Notes: generated by a model not told the origin, from the sequence alone. Shown: positions 27,570 to 35,266, counted from the first letter of the stretch. The stretch is 64,000 nucleotides of DNA from an uncultured Mycoplasmatota bacterium (GCA_900547225.1 URFW01000001.1:49106-113105), one strand, 5' to 3'. Numbers and translations: made by a program.

Positions 27570-27662
27570 ATGAAAACAAAAAGACCAATAAAAAAGTGTA
27601 CAATTAATAAAATGTTTGGTTCTTGTCATTTCAGTAAAGGTGATGGTTGGCAAAGTAAATAA
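27570..27662 (+). CDS. RiPP precursor peptide, streptide-like (KGDGW motif), 30 aa: MKTKRPIKKCTINKMFGSCHFSKGDGWQSK
   Basis: Not in the ORF track because it is below the length cut-off. SD AAGGAGG (27558-27564), 5-nt spacer, ATG. It lies 45 nt upstream of a rSAM/SPASM gene. The C-terminal nonapeptide SKGDGWQSK resembles streptide AKGDGWKVM. Confidence 0.7.
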   Translation: MKTKRPIKKCTINKMFGSCHFSKGDGWQSK

Positions 27663-27690
27663 AGGATTATGCCTTTATTTACTTATTTTT
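27657..27690 (+). terminator. Weak hairpin overlapping the precursor stop codon (possible partial terminator or processing signal)
   Basis: AAATAAAGG-ATTATG-CCTTTATTT followed by a T-rich tail. Confidence 0.4.
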
Positions 27691-27707
27691 ATGTATAGGG
27701 AGAATTT

Positions 27708-29051
27708 ATGAAATACAATAATGAATTTATATTAAGATTTGAATTCTTTGGTGGATTAATGTATTCTAGTTTTGATCAGGGTATATATATAATTGACTAT
27801 ATGGATTCAGTATTTTTGGATTGCATAAAGAATAAATATAAGTATGAAACATCTATCAAGATTGTTGAAAAAGTATTTGATTGTGATCATTATAAACCAA
27901 ATATTAAAGAAATGTTAAATTACGGTTTTTTAACTAAATCAAGTGAAATTAAAGATTATGAAAATGATTATAATTGTTGGAATATAAAAGAATATAAAAA
28001 AATTATATCAAAAGCACAAAAAAGAAAATATTTGAGTTCACCTATAGAAGTTAGTATTTATCCATCTAGTTTCTGCCAATTGAATTGTAAATTTTGTTAC
28101 TTTTCTAATAAAAAAAACAAATATGTGAAATGTAATTCAAGTGAGAGCTGGATTAAATTAATCGATGTTTTAAAAGAAAAAAATGTAATATATTTATCAA
28201 TCTTAGGAGGAGAACCAACTCTTTATTATGATATTGATAAAATTTTAATCCATGCAAATAAAATAAAAATGAAGACTACAATAACAACAAATGGATTACA
28301 TATAAAATCAAGTACTTTTGATATTATATGTAAAAGTAAGTATATAACTCCTACTATTTCTATTCAAAGTTTAACAGAACACAACTATAAATATATGGGT
28401 GTAAGTAGTAATAAAATCGTAAAAACAATAGATAAATTTATAGAAAAAGGTAAAATACCAAGAATTAATTCAGTGATATATAATCAAAGTAAAGAAGAAA
28501 TATATGAATTGATTGATTTTTGTGTTTTGAGAGGCATTACTCAATATTCTTTAAATATATATATGCCTTTAGGAAATTCATTGAGAGACAAAGATGACTT
28601 TTCATATTATAAAGAGCTTGATTGTAACATACAATCTTATTTACTGAAGAAGAAGTATAATAACATTTCTGTGAATATACAAGGATGTTTATTTTATTCA
28701 GCATTTTATGATGAATGCGATAGTCCGGTTAAAAATGAATTTGATAAAATAATATATGGCTGTGAAGCAGGTCAAACGAAGGTTGAAATAATGCCTGATG
28801 GCACATTGTTACCTTGTACAGCTTTTGATATAAATGATTTTAATTATGAAAATGTTTTTGAAAAAAATTTTAATGATATATGGGAAAATTCATATAGTTT
28901 GAATATTTTACGAAATTATAAAATAGAAGATAAAAAATGTGCTAAATGTAAATATAATGATTTTTGTAATGGTGGATGTCCTGCATATAATGTAAGAAAA
29001 AATAAATCTTTAACAAAGAAAGGTGATGACAGGTGCAAAGTGGTTTTATAA
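27708..29051 (+). CDS. Radical SAM enzyme with SPASM domain (StrB-like peptide-modifying maturase)
   Basis: CQLNCKFC (CX3CX2C). Full SPASM pattern: CEAGQTKVEIMPDGTLLPC (CX12GX4C), CAKCKYNDFCNGGC (CX2CX5CX3C) and a final Cys in DDRCKV. An N-terminal region of about 110 aa precedes the SAM motif (RRE-like position). Confidence 0.9.
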   Translation: MKYNNEFILRFEFFGGLMYSSFDQGIYIIDYMDSVFLDCIKNKYKYETSIKIVEKVFDCDHYKPNIKEMLNYGFLTKSSEIKDYENDYNCWNIKEYKKIISKAQKRKYLSSPIEVSIYPSSFCQLNCKFCYFSNKKNKYVKCNSSESWIKLIDVLKEKNVIYLSILGGEPTLYYDIDKILIHANKIKMKTTITTNGLHIKSSTFDIICKSKYITPTISIQSLTEHNYKYMGVSSNKIVKTIDKFIEKGKIPRINSVIYNQSKEEIYELIDFCVLRGITQYSLNIYMPLGNSLRDKDDFSYYKELDCNIQSYLLKKKYNNISVNIQGCLFYSAFYDECDSPVKNEFDKIIYGCEAGQTKVEIMPDGTLLPCTAFDINDFNYENVFEKNFNDIWENSYSLNILRNYKIEDKKCAKCKYNDFCNGGCPAYNVRKNKSLTKKGDDRCKVVL

Positions 29052-30781
29052 ATGAAGAAGATTATAAAAATATGAATAAATATGAAGAACAACTATTAGT
29101 TTTAAAGCAATTTGTAAGAGACAATGAATGGTATAATATGCTCAAATTTGATATTGCACTTAACCCGAAGTTAGCTGAAGAAATAGTTGGAATTATAAAA
29201 AGCATAGACATAAATAATTTTAACTCAGATGATTATAAAAATATTATATTAACTTTGAGAAATAAGTGTATGAAATTAAAAAATATGGCTGATTCTACTA
29301 GTGATACAATATTAAAATGGTATAACTATAGATGGGCCTACGCATATTATGGTTTGATTGAAGTAATAACTGAAGGATCTTTAGTTACTGATAAAATATT
29401 AAGCACATTTAAAGAAAAATATGGGAATGCCTATTTAGATTTTATTAAAAAAATCGATAAACATGTACCATCTAGCTTAACAAATTTTTCGGTTTCAAAT
29501 ACAAATGATATAGATTTAAGTGATGAAAATATAAAAATATATTTACTAATGAAATATTTTCAAGACGATCAACATATTTTCCATGAACAAATACTTATAA
29601 AAGATCATCAAAACGCAAGAAGAAATTTTGAGGCTATTGTAAAAAAAGAATATCCTCATCTGAATAAAGTTAATGGTAAAAATTTACTTATGTTAGTTAT
29701 TCTAGATAATATTCCTATAATAGATATTAATATATTATCAAGATTTATAATTGCTACAGGAAATAAGGATTTATCATATATAATTGGTGGTAAGGGATTA
29801 GGTCTTTCTATATTAAATACTAATGGTTTTAATATTCCTAAAACTTATATAATCCCAGTTACATCACTAAAAGAAGAATTATATAAAGGAAAAATTCAAG
29901 AATTGAAAAATATTAACTATTCTGTAAGAAGTTCAGCAACCGTTGAGGATAATGAAAATAATTCATTTGCAGGAATGTTTACATCAGTATTAGATGTTGA
30001 AAAACCAAATTTATCAAAAGCAGTTGAAGTTGTTAAAAGATCAATTAACAATCCAAGAGTTGTTTCATATGTAAATCATTTCAACACAGATAAACCTTAT
30101 ATGTCTGTGGTAATTCAAAAATATAAAGAACCAACACTGTCTGGTGTGTGGATAGGTAATGATATTAATAGTGGATATTTAGAATGGGTAAATGGCAACG
30201 GAGAAAAATTGGTGAGTGGACATGTCAAACCAATATCTGAAAAATGGCCAAATAACAATGAAGAAGATAATTTAATGGTTAAAAATGAATGTGTGGGAAA
30301 TTACTGTTTAGAATTGCAAAGAAAATTAAATGCCAGTGCAGATTTAGAATGGTGTATATTGGATGGTGAATTAGTTTGGTTACAATATAGACCTGTAACA
30401 AAAAAAATAGAATATGAAGAAAACAAGAAAAGTATTGATGGTGAATCATTTGTTGGTGTTGCGGCATCTTCTGGTGAAATAATTGGAAGACCATTTTATT
30501 TGGATGATCCAAATGATGTTGATAAATTTATAGAGGGAAGTATTTTGCTAACAGAATATACAGATCCGGATTGGGTACCTGTCATTCTTAAAAGTTCGGG
30601 AATAATAACGGCTGAAGGTGGATTTTTATCACACACAGCTATCATTTCAAGAGAATTAGGAATTCCTTGTGTAACTGGATTAGGATATGATGTTATAAAC
30701 AAATTAAAAGAAGAAGATCAAATTGAAGTTAATGGAAGTAGTGGATGTGTAAAAAAATATATATTAAAAAGAAAAATATAG
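29033..30781 (+). CDS. PEP-utilising-family enzyme: unknown helical N-domain plus PPDK_N-type ATP-grasp plus swivel phospho-His domain
   Basis: GGKGLGLSILNTNGFNIP and YSVRSSATVEDNENNSFAGMF (PPDK_N/PEP synthase/rifampin phosphotransferase-type). C-terminal TAEGGFLSHTAIISRELGIPCV (mobile His domain). GTG start overlaps the rSAM gene by 19 nt; ATG 29072 is an alternative. Confidence 0.8.
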   Translation: MQSGFINEEDYKNMNKYEEQLLVLKQFVRDNEWYNMLKFDIALNPKLAEEIVGIIKSIDINNFNSDDYKNIILTLRNKCMKLKNMADSTSDTILKWYNYRWAYAYYGLIEVITEGSLVTDKILSTFKEKYGNAYLDFIKKIDKHVPSSLTNFSVSNTNDIDLSDENIKIYLLMKYFQDDQHIFHEQILIKDHQNARRNFEAIVKKEYPHLNKVNGKNLLMLVILDNIPIIDINILSRFIIATGNKDLSYIIGGKGLGLSILNTNGFNIPKTYIIPVTSLKEELYKGKIQELKNINYSVRSSATVEDNENNSFAGMFTSVLDVEKPNLSKAVEVVKRSINNPRVVSYVNHFNTDKPYMSVVIQKYKEPTLSGVWIGNDINSGYLEWVNGNGEKLVSGHVKPISEKWPNNNEEDNLMVKNECVGNYCLELQRKLNASADLEWCILDGELVWLQYRPVTKKIEYEENKKSIDGESFVGVAASSGEIIGRPFYLDDPNDVDKFIEGSILLTEYTDPDWVPVILKSSGIITAEGGFLSHTAIISRELGIPCVTGLGYDVINKLKEEDQIEVNGSSGCVKKYILKRKI

Positions 30782-30797
30782 TAAAAAGGCGAATTAT

Positions 30798-31532
30798 ATG
30801 ATTTTATTTTTAACAAGTAATGTTGGTGGAGTAAAAAAAGAAAATGGCAAAAAATATCCTGTTAGATTTTTCGAAAAAAACAAATTTTTAAATAATTTAA
30901 AAAAGAACTTAACAGAAACGAAAAAATTTTTGTTAATTGCGAGCAATCCAGATGATTATGAAAAGAATGATTTATTTTTGAAAATGGATATAAAAGCATT
31001 GGAATTAAGCGGTTTACATTTTGATGAATATGTTGTATTAGACGGAAGAAATTCAAATAAAGTTAAATCAGTCTTAAATGGTGTAAATTTGATATTTTTA
31101 TGTGGAGGTAATACATTAACACAAAATAATTTTTTAAATCGTATTAATCTAAAAAAATATTTAAAAAAAATTGATTCTGTTGTTGTCGGGATAAGTGCAG
31201 GATCAATTAATTCTGCAAAAAATGTGTTCAATAGTCCAGAAAGTGACACTGATCTGAATAATTCACCTTATTTACAAGGCTTAGAATTAACAAATATAAA
31301 TATTGAACCTCATTTTAGCGTCAATAATTTAAATGATGATTCAAAAAAAATTCAAATGAATGCTATATTATCTGAGTCTAATAATAGACTATTATATGGT
31401 TTGACGGATGGATCATACATTATTAAAAATGGCTCAAAATGTACTTTATATGGAGAAAGTTACAAAATACAAAATGGAAATATTATAAAAATTTGTGAAG
31501 ATGATAATTTTATTGATATTGATGATATTTAA
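30798..31532 (+). CDS. Peptidase family S51 (dipeptidase E/cyanophycinase-like)
   Basis: LCGGNTLTQNNFL, nucleophile motif VVGISAGSINS and IEPHF His motif. Confidence 0.75.
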   Translation: MILFLTSNVGGVKKENGKKYPVRFFEKNKFLNNLKKNLTETKKFLLIASNPDDYEKNDLFLKMDIKALELSGLHFDEYVVLDGRNSNKVKSVLNGVNLIFLCGGNTLTQNNFLNRINLKKYLKKIDSVVVGISAGSINSAKNVFNSPESDTDLNNSPYLQGLELTNINIEPHFSVNNLNDDSKKIQMNAILSESNNRLLYGLTDGSYIIKNGSKCTLYGESYKIQNGNIIKICEDDNFIDIDDI

Positions 31533-31612
31533 AATAATACGGTAATGCATTATAGTAACTTACTATTTGTAAGATTGTTTTCAGATTTTTGATAAAAACC
31601 AATATGCATAAT

Positions 31613-31641
31613 TTGACAATGTCATATAATTTTGATATGCT
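31613..31641 (+). promoter_or_regulatory. Putative promoter of the tyrS leader
   Basis: TTGACA, 17-nt spacer, TATGCT. Confidence 0.45.
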
Positions 31642-31649
31642 TCTTGTAA

Positions 31650-31861
31650 GTTAATTAAAAAGCGATTCATTCGAAGTAATTATTTTAATTTATTTATAGA
31701 AAGCTTATGGTTGATGAAAATAAGTATAGTTAAAGTGATGAATTACAAATGATGATTTTAAACGGATAATCTCGTTAAAGATTAGAGGTAATAAACATTT
31801 ATTACGAATTAAGGTGGTACCACGGTTACTAATCGTCCTTTATTTAAGGATGATTTTTTTG
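31650..31861 (+). promoter_or_regulatory. T-box leader (tyrosine specifier) with intrinsic terminator
   Basis: T-box sequence AATTAAGGTGGTACCACGG (31808-31826). TAC followed by A at 31744-31747 as candidate specifier. Terminator AATCGTCCTT-TATTT-AAGGATGATT plus T-run (31831-31861). Upstream of tyrS. Confidence 0.85.
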
Positions 31862-31881
31862 TTTTAAAGGAGGTGATTTGT

Positions 31882-31989
31882 ATGGATGTTGATTATTACT
31901 ATTATTATTACTTTGAAAATAGTTTTCTAATTAACTTAAATATAAATCATACTGGAGGAATAAAAAAACATGAAAAAAGAATTATTTGA
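31882..31989 (+). CDS. Upstream ORF (35 codons) with six consecutive Tyr codons: MDVDYYYYYYFENSFLINLNINHTGGIKKHEKRII
   Basis: SD AAAGGAGGTGA (31866-31876), 5-nt spacer, ATG. Tyr codons TAT TAC TAT TAT TAT TAC at 31894-31911. Reads through the tyrS SD and start and stops at 31987-31989. Confidence 0.4.
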   Translation: MDVDYYYYYYFENSFLINLNINHTGGIKKHEKRII

Positions 31990-33199
31990 TGTCCTAAAAG
32001 AAAGGGGATATGTAAAAGATTTAACACACGAAAAAGAAATCAGAAATTTAATAAATGGAAAACCTATGACTTTTTATTTGGGTATTGATCCTACCGAGGA
32101 TAGTCTTCATATAGGACATTTTTTTGCACTTACTTTATTTAGGTGGTTACAAGATTTTGGCCATCGTGGAATAATTCTTATTGGTGGTGCGACCGCTTTA
32201 ATTGGAGATCCAACAGGCAAAAGCGATATGAGAAAAATGTTATCTCAGGAAGAAGTTAAACATAATAAAATAGAAGTCAAGCAGCTTGTTAAAAGGTTCG
32301 TTAAAACTAGTGGCGATAATCCTGCTATTATAGTAGATAACGCTGATTGGATATGTGATAAAACGTATGTTAACTTTATGAGAGATGTAGGAGTACATTT
32401 TAACGTTAATATGATGCTTAGTTCAGAGTGTTACAAAAAAAGATTAGAAAGTGGAGGCTTAACTTTTTTGGAAATGGGATATATGCTAATGCAGGCCTTT
32501 GATTTTGTTCATTTAAACAAAGAGTTTGGATGTAAATTACAAATAGGTGGATCAGATCAGTGGGGAAATATTTTAGCTGGTTCTAATTTATCTAGAAAAA
32601 TAGGATTTAGTGAAGGAAAGAAAATAGAACCATTATTTGGAATGGTATGTCCTCTTTTGTTAAAAGCAGATGGAGAAAAAATGGGTAAAACAGCATCAGG
32701 TACTTTATGGGTATCAAGAAATAAGACAACACCATTTGAATTCTTTCAATCATGGATTAATTCATATGATGAAGATGTTGAAAGATCACTTGCATTTTTT
32801 ACTAGAATTGATATGAACGAAATAAAAAATTTATGCAAAAAGGATATAAGGCAAGCTAAGGAGCTATTAGCGTTTGAAGTCACTAAATTAGTACATGGGA
32901 AAGAAGAAGCAGAAAAAGCAAGAGACACTGCAAGATCTTTATTTAGTGGAAATATTTTAATAAATGATATACCTACAAAGGAAATAAATATAGATAATGA
33001 TATATTATTAATTGATTTGTTAGTACTATGTTCTTTGGCTAAGTCTAAAACAGAAGCTAAAAGGTTGATTTTGCAAAATGGAATTAAAATAGATGGAGAA
33101 AAGGAAAAAAATATAGATAAAATTATAAAAATATCAAATAGAGAAATAGTAATTCAAAAAGGAAAGAAATGCTTTATTAAAATAAGATTTGTTAAGTAA
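31970..33199 (+). CDS. tyrS: Tyrosine--tRNA ligase
   Basis: HIGH motif (SLHIGHF), KMSKS-type KMGKT and a C-terminal S4-like domain. Preceded by the T-box. Confidence 0.95.
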   Translation: MKKELFDVLKERGYVKDLTHEKEIRNLINGKPMTFYLGIDPTEDSLHIGHFFALTLFRWLQDFGHRGIILIGGATALIGDPTGKSDMRKMLSQEEVKHNKIEVKQLVKRFVKTSGDNPAIIVDNADWICDKTYVNFMRDVGVHFNVNMMLSSECYKKRLESGGLTFLEMGYMLMQAFDFVHLNKEFGCKLQIGGSDQWGNILAGSNLSRKIGFSEGKKIEPLFGMVCPLLLKADGEKMGKTASGTLWVSRNKTTPFEFFQSWINSYDEDVERSLAFFTRIDMNEIKNLCKKDIRQAKELLAFEVTKLVHGKEEAEKARDTARSLFSGNILINDIPTKEINIDNDILLIDLLVLCSLAKSKTEAKRLILQNGIKIDGEKEKNIDKIIKISNREIVIQKGKKCFIKIRFVK

Positions 33200-33319
33200 A
33201 TTTATAATAATTGCTTGACAAATATGTTAAAACTTGCTATTTTATAAGCAATAAGTGAGTTTGAGTGTGATATTATATCTAGCCTCAAAGGGCAATAAGC
33301 CTACACGTACTTTAAATAA

Positions 33320-33357
33320 GCACGGAGTCACTATAGGAGTGACTTACGTGCTTTTTG
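33320..33357 (+). terminator. Hairpin terminator within the tyrS-GNAT spacer (tyrS terminator and/or leader attenuator)
   Basis: GCACGG-AGTCACT-ATAGG-AGTGACT-TACGTGC followed by TTTTT. Confidence 0.55.
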
Positions 33358-33390
33358 TTTGTCACTTACAAGAAAGGATGGTGAAAAATT

Positions 33391-33873
33391 ATGATAAGAA
33401 AAGCGATTAAAGAAGATGCAAAAGATATTGTTAGAATTAACGTTAATTCTTGGAAGGAAACGTATAGAAAAATATTTCCTACTGATTTTTTAGATAAACT
33501 TGATAGTAAAAATATTTCGGCAATAGAAAGATGTAAGGAAAAAATAGAAGAGTATGTTGTTTATGAACAAGAAGGTAAAATAGTTGCAATGGCGCGATAT
33601 GGAATAAACAAGAAAGGCTATGATAAAGCATATGCTGAAATTTATGCATTATATGTTGATTTAGAATATAAAAATCAAGGTATTGGAACAAAAATGATAG
33701 ATTATATATTTAAAATATTAAAAAATGATTTTAAATATGTATTGATTAGTACTTTAAAAGAAAATAGTGCTAATGAGTTTTATAAAAAAATATGTGGAAA
33801 ACTTATTGGAGAATGTAATTTTTCACTAATGGGAAATAATTATTTAGAGAATTTATATCAATATGTATTATAG
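33391..33873 (+). CDS. GNAT family N-acetyltransferase
   Basis: YKNQGIGTKMIDYIFK motif A. Confidence 0.8.
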   Translation: MIRKAIKEDAKDIVRINVNSWKETYRKIFPTDFLDKLDSKNISAIERCKEKIEEYVVYEQEGKIVAMARYGINKKGYDKAYAEIYALYVDLEYKNQGIGTKMIDYIFKILKNDFKYVLISTLKENSANEFYKKICGKLIGECNFSLMGNNYLENLYQYVL

Positions 33874-33885
33874 GAGGAAGAACTT

Positions 33886-34434
33886 ATGAAATATTTTAAG
33901 AAATTTGTAGGACATAGATTATATTTATCACCAATGAATATTTTAGATGCTGAAAAATATACCATGTGGATGAATGATAGAAGTGTAACGGATCCAACTG
34001 GTAGTACTGTTAAAATTACTTCTATAGAAGGAGAAAAAGAATGGATTACTAATGCGTCCAAAACTGGTGATGCAAACTTTGCAATAGTAGATATTAAAAC
34101 TGATGAACTTTTAGGTAATTGTTCATTGTTAAATATTGATAGAATAAATAGATGTTGTACAGTAGGAATTTTTATTGGAGATGAAGAAAATAGGAATAAA
34201 GGCTATGGAGCGGAAGCGTTAAGATTACTTTTGAATTATGCTTTTAATATGGAAAATATGCATAATGTTAATCTAGAAGTATTTTCATTTAACGAAAGAG
34301 CAATTAAATGTTACTCGAAAGTGGGATTTAAAGAGTATGGAAGAAGACATGAAGTATACTTTTTAGATGGTAAATATCATGATAAGATTGAAATGGAAAT
34401 ATTAGAAAATGATTTTAGAAAAGAAAGTAATTAA
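33886..34434 (+). CDS. GNAT acetyltransferase, RimJ/RimL-like
   Basis: NRNKGYGAEALRLLLNYAF, NERAIKCYSKVGF. Confidence 0.85.
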   Translation: MKYFKKFVGHRLYLSPMNILDAEKYTMWMNDRSVTDPTGSTVKITSIEGEKEWITNASKTGDANFAIVDIKTDELLGNCSLLNIDRINRCCTVGIFIGDEENRNKGYGAEALRLLLNYAFNMENMHNVNLEVFSFNERAIKCYSKVGFKEYGRRHEVYFLDGKYHDKIEMEILENDFRKESN

Positions 34435-34556
34435 ATATATAAGTATAAGCTTATTTTGATGCTACTAATAGTTTTTATAATTAGTAGCATTTTTATATAT
34501 TGAAAAAATATAATATGTAATTTAAAATGATAATAGATATGGAAGGTGATTACGTT

Positions 34557-35261
34557 ATGGAAAAGATAGAGAATGAATACTTTGTAATAAATTATTCTAA
34601 ATCCTTGAGTGAAATAGTTAAAAAAATGATTAGCATTTCTACTAAAAAAGTGCCAGAAATATTTGCATTTTTCCACATTAAAAGTTATAGAAAAGTAACT
34701 GTTAATTTATTTGATAGTATAGATGAATTTAAATATTTTGTATCTGATTTAAGAGGCATTAGTAAAGATCAATTACCAGAATATTGTAAGGGTACTTTTG
34801 ATTGTGGAATGATTAATCATTATATAGAGCCTAACATTATGAAAGGAAGTTTTCTATATAATACTAGAATTTGTTCTATTTTCCATGAATTAGTTCACGT
34901 TATTTATTATGAAATTATTTTAAATAAAAATTATAAAGATAGAGTTATCTGGTTAGATGAGGGACTTGCAATGAATCTATCCGGAGAATTTCAAAATGTT
35001 TTGCTTGATGATATATTAGATAAGGTATTATCATTTAAGGAGATGCCAAACATGAATGAGATTTCTCATGGTTTGGCATTTGTAAATGATAAGTATGATG
35101 GATATATAGCAAGTTTTATTTCAGTAAATTATTTGCTTGAAACGCTAAATAACAATGAATTATTAAACATTATAAAAAACAAGGATATGATATATGAAAT
35201 AGGTGAAGATGTACTTAATAATGCCATTAGATATTATAATGATAAAAAGATAAGGAGATGA
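34557..35261 (+). CDS. Putative zinc metallopeptidase (HExxH, Peptidase_MA_2-like)
   Basis: FHELVHVIY plus downstream WLDEGLAMN. ATG 34557 follows GGAAGGTGA. Confidence 0.55.
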   Translation: MEKIENEYFVINYSKSLSEIVKKMISISTKKVPEIFAFFHIKSYRKVTVNLFDSIDEFKYFVSDLRGISKDQLPEYCKGTFDCGMINHYIEPNIMKGSFLYNTRICSIFHELVHVIYYEIILNKNYKDRVIWLDEGLAMNLSGEFQNVLLDDILDKVLSFKEMPNMNEISHGLAFVNDKYDGYIASFISVNYLLETLNNNELLNIIKNKDMIYEIGEDVLNNAIRYYNDKKIRR

Positions 35262-35266
35262 TAAAG

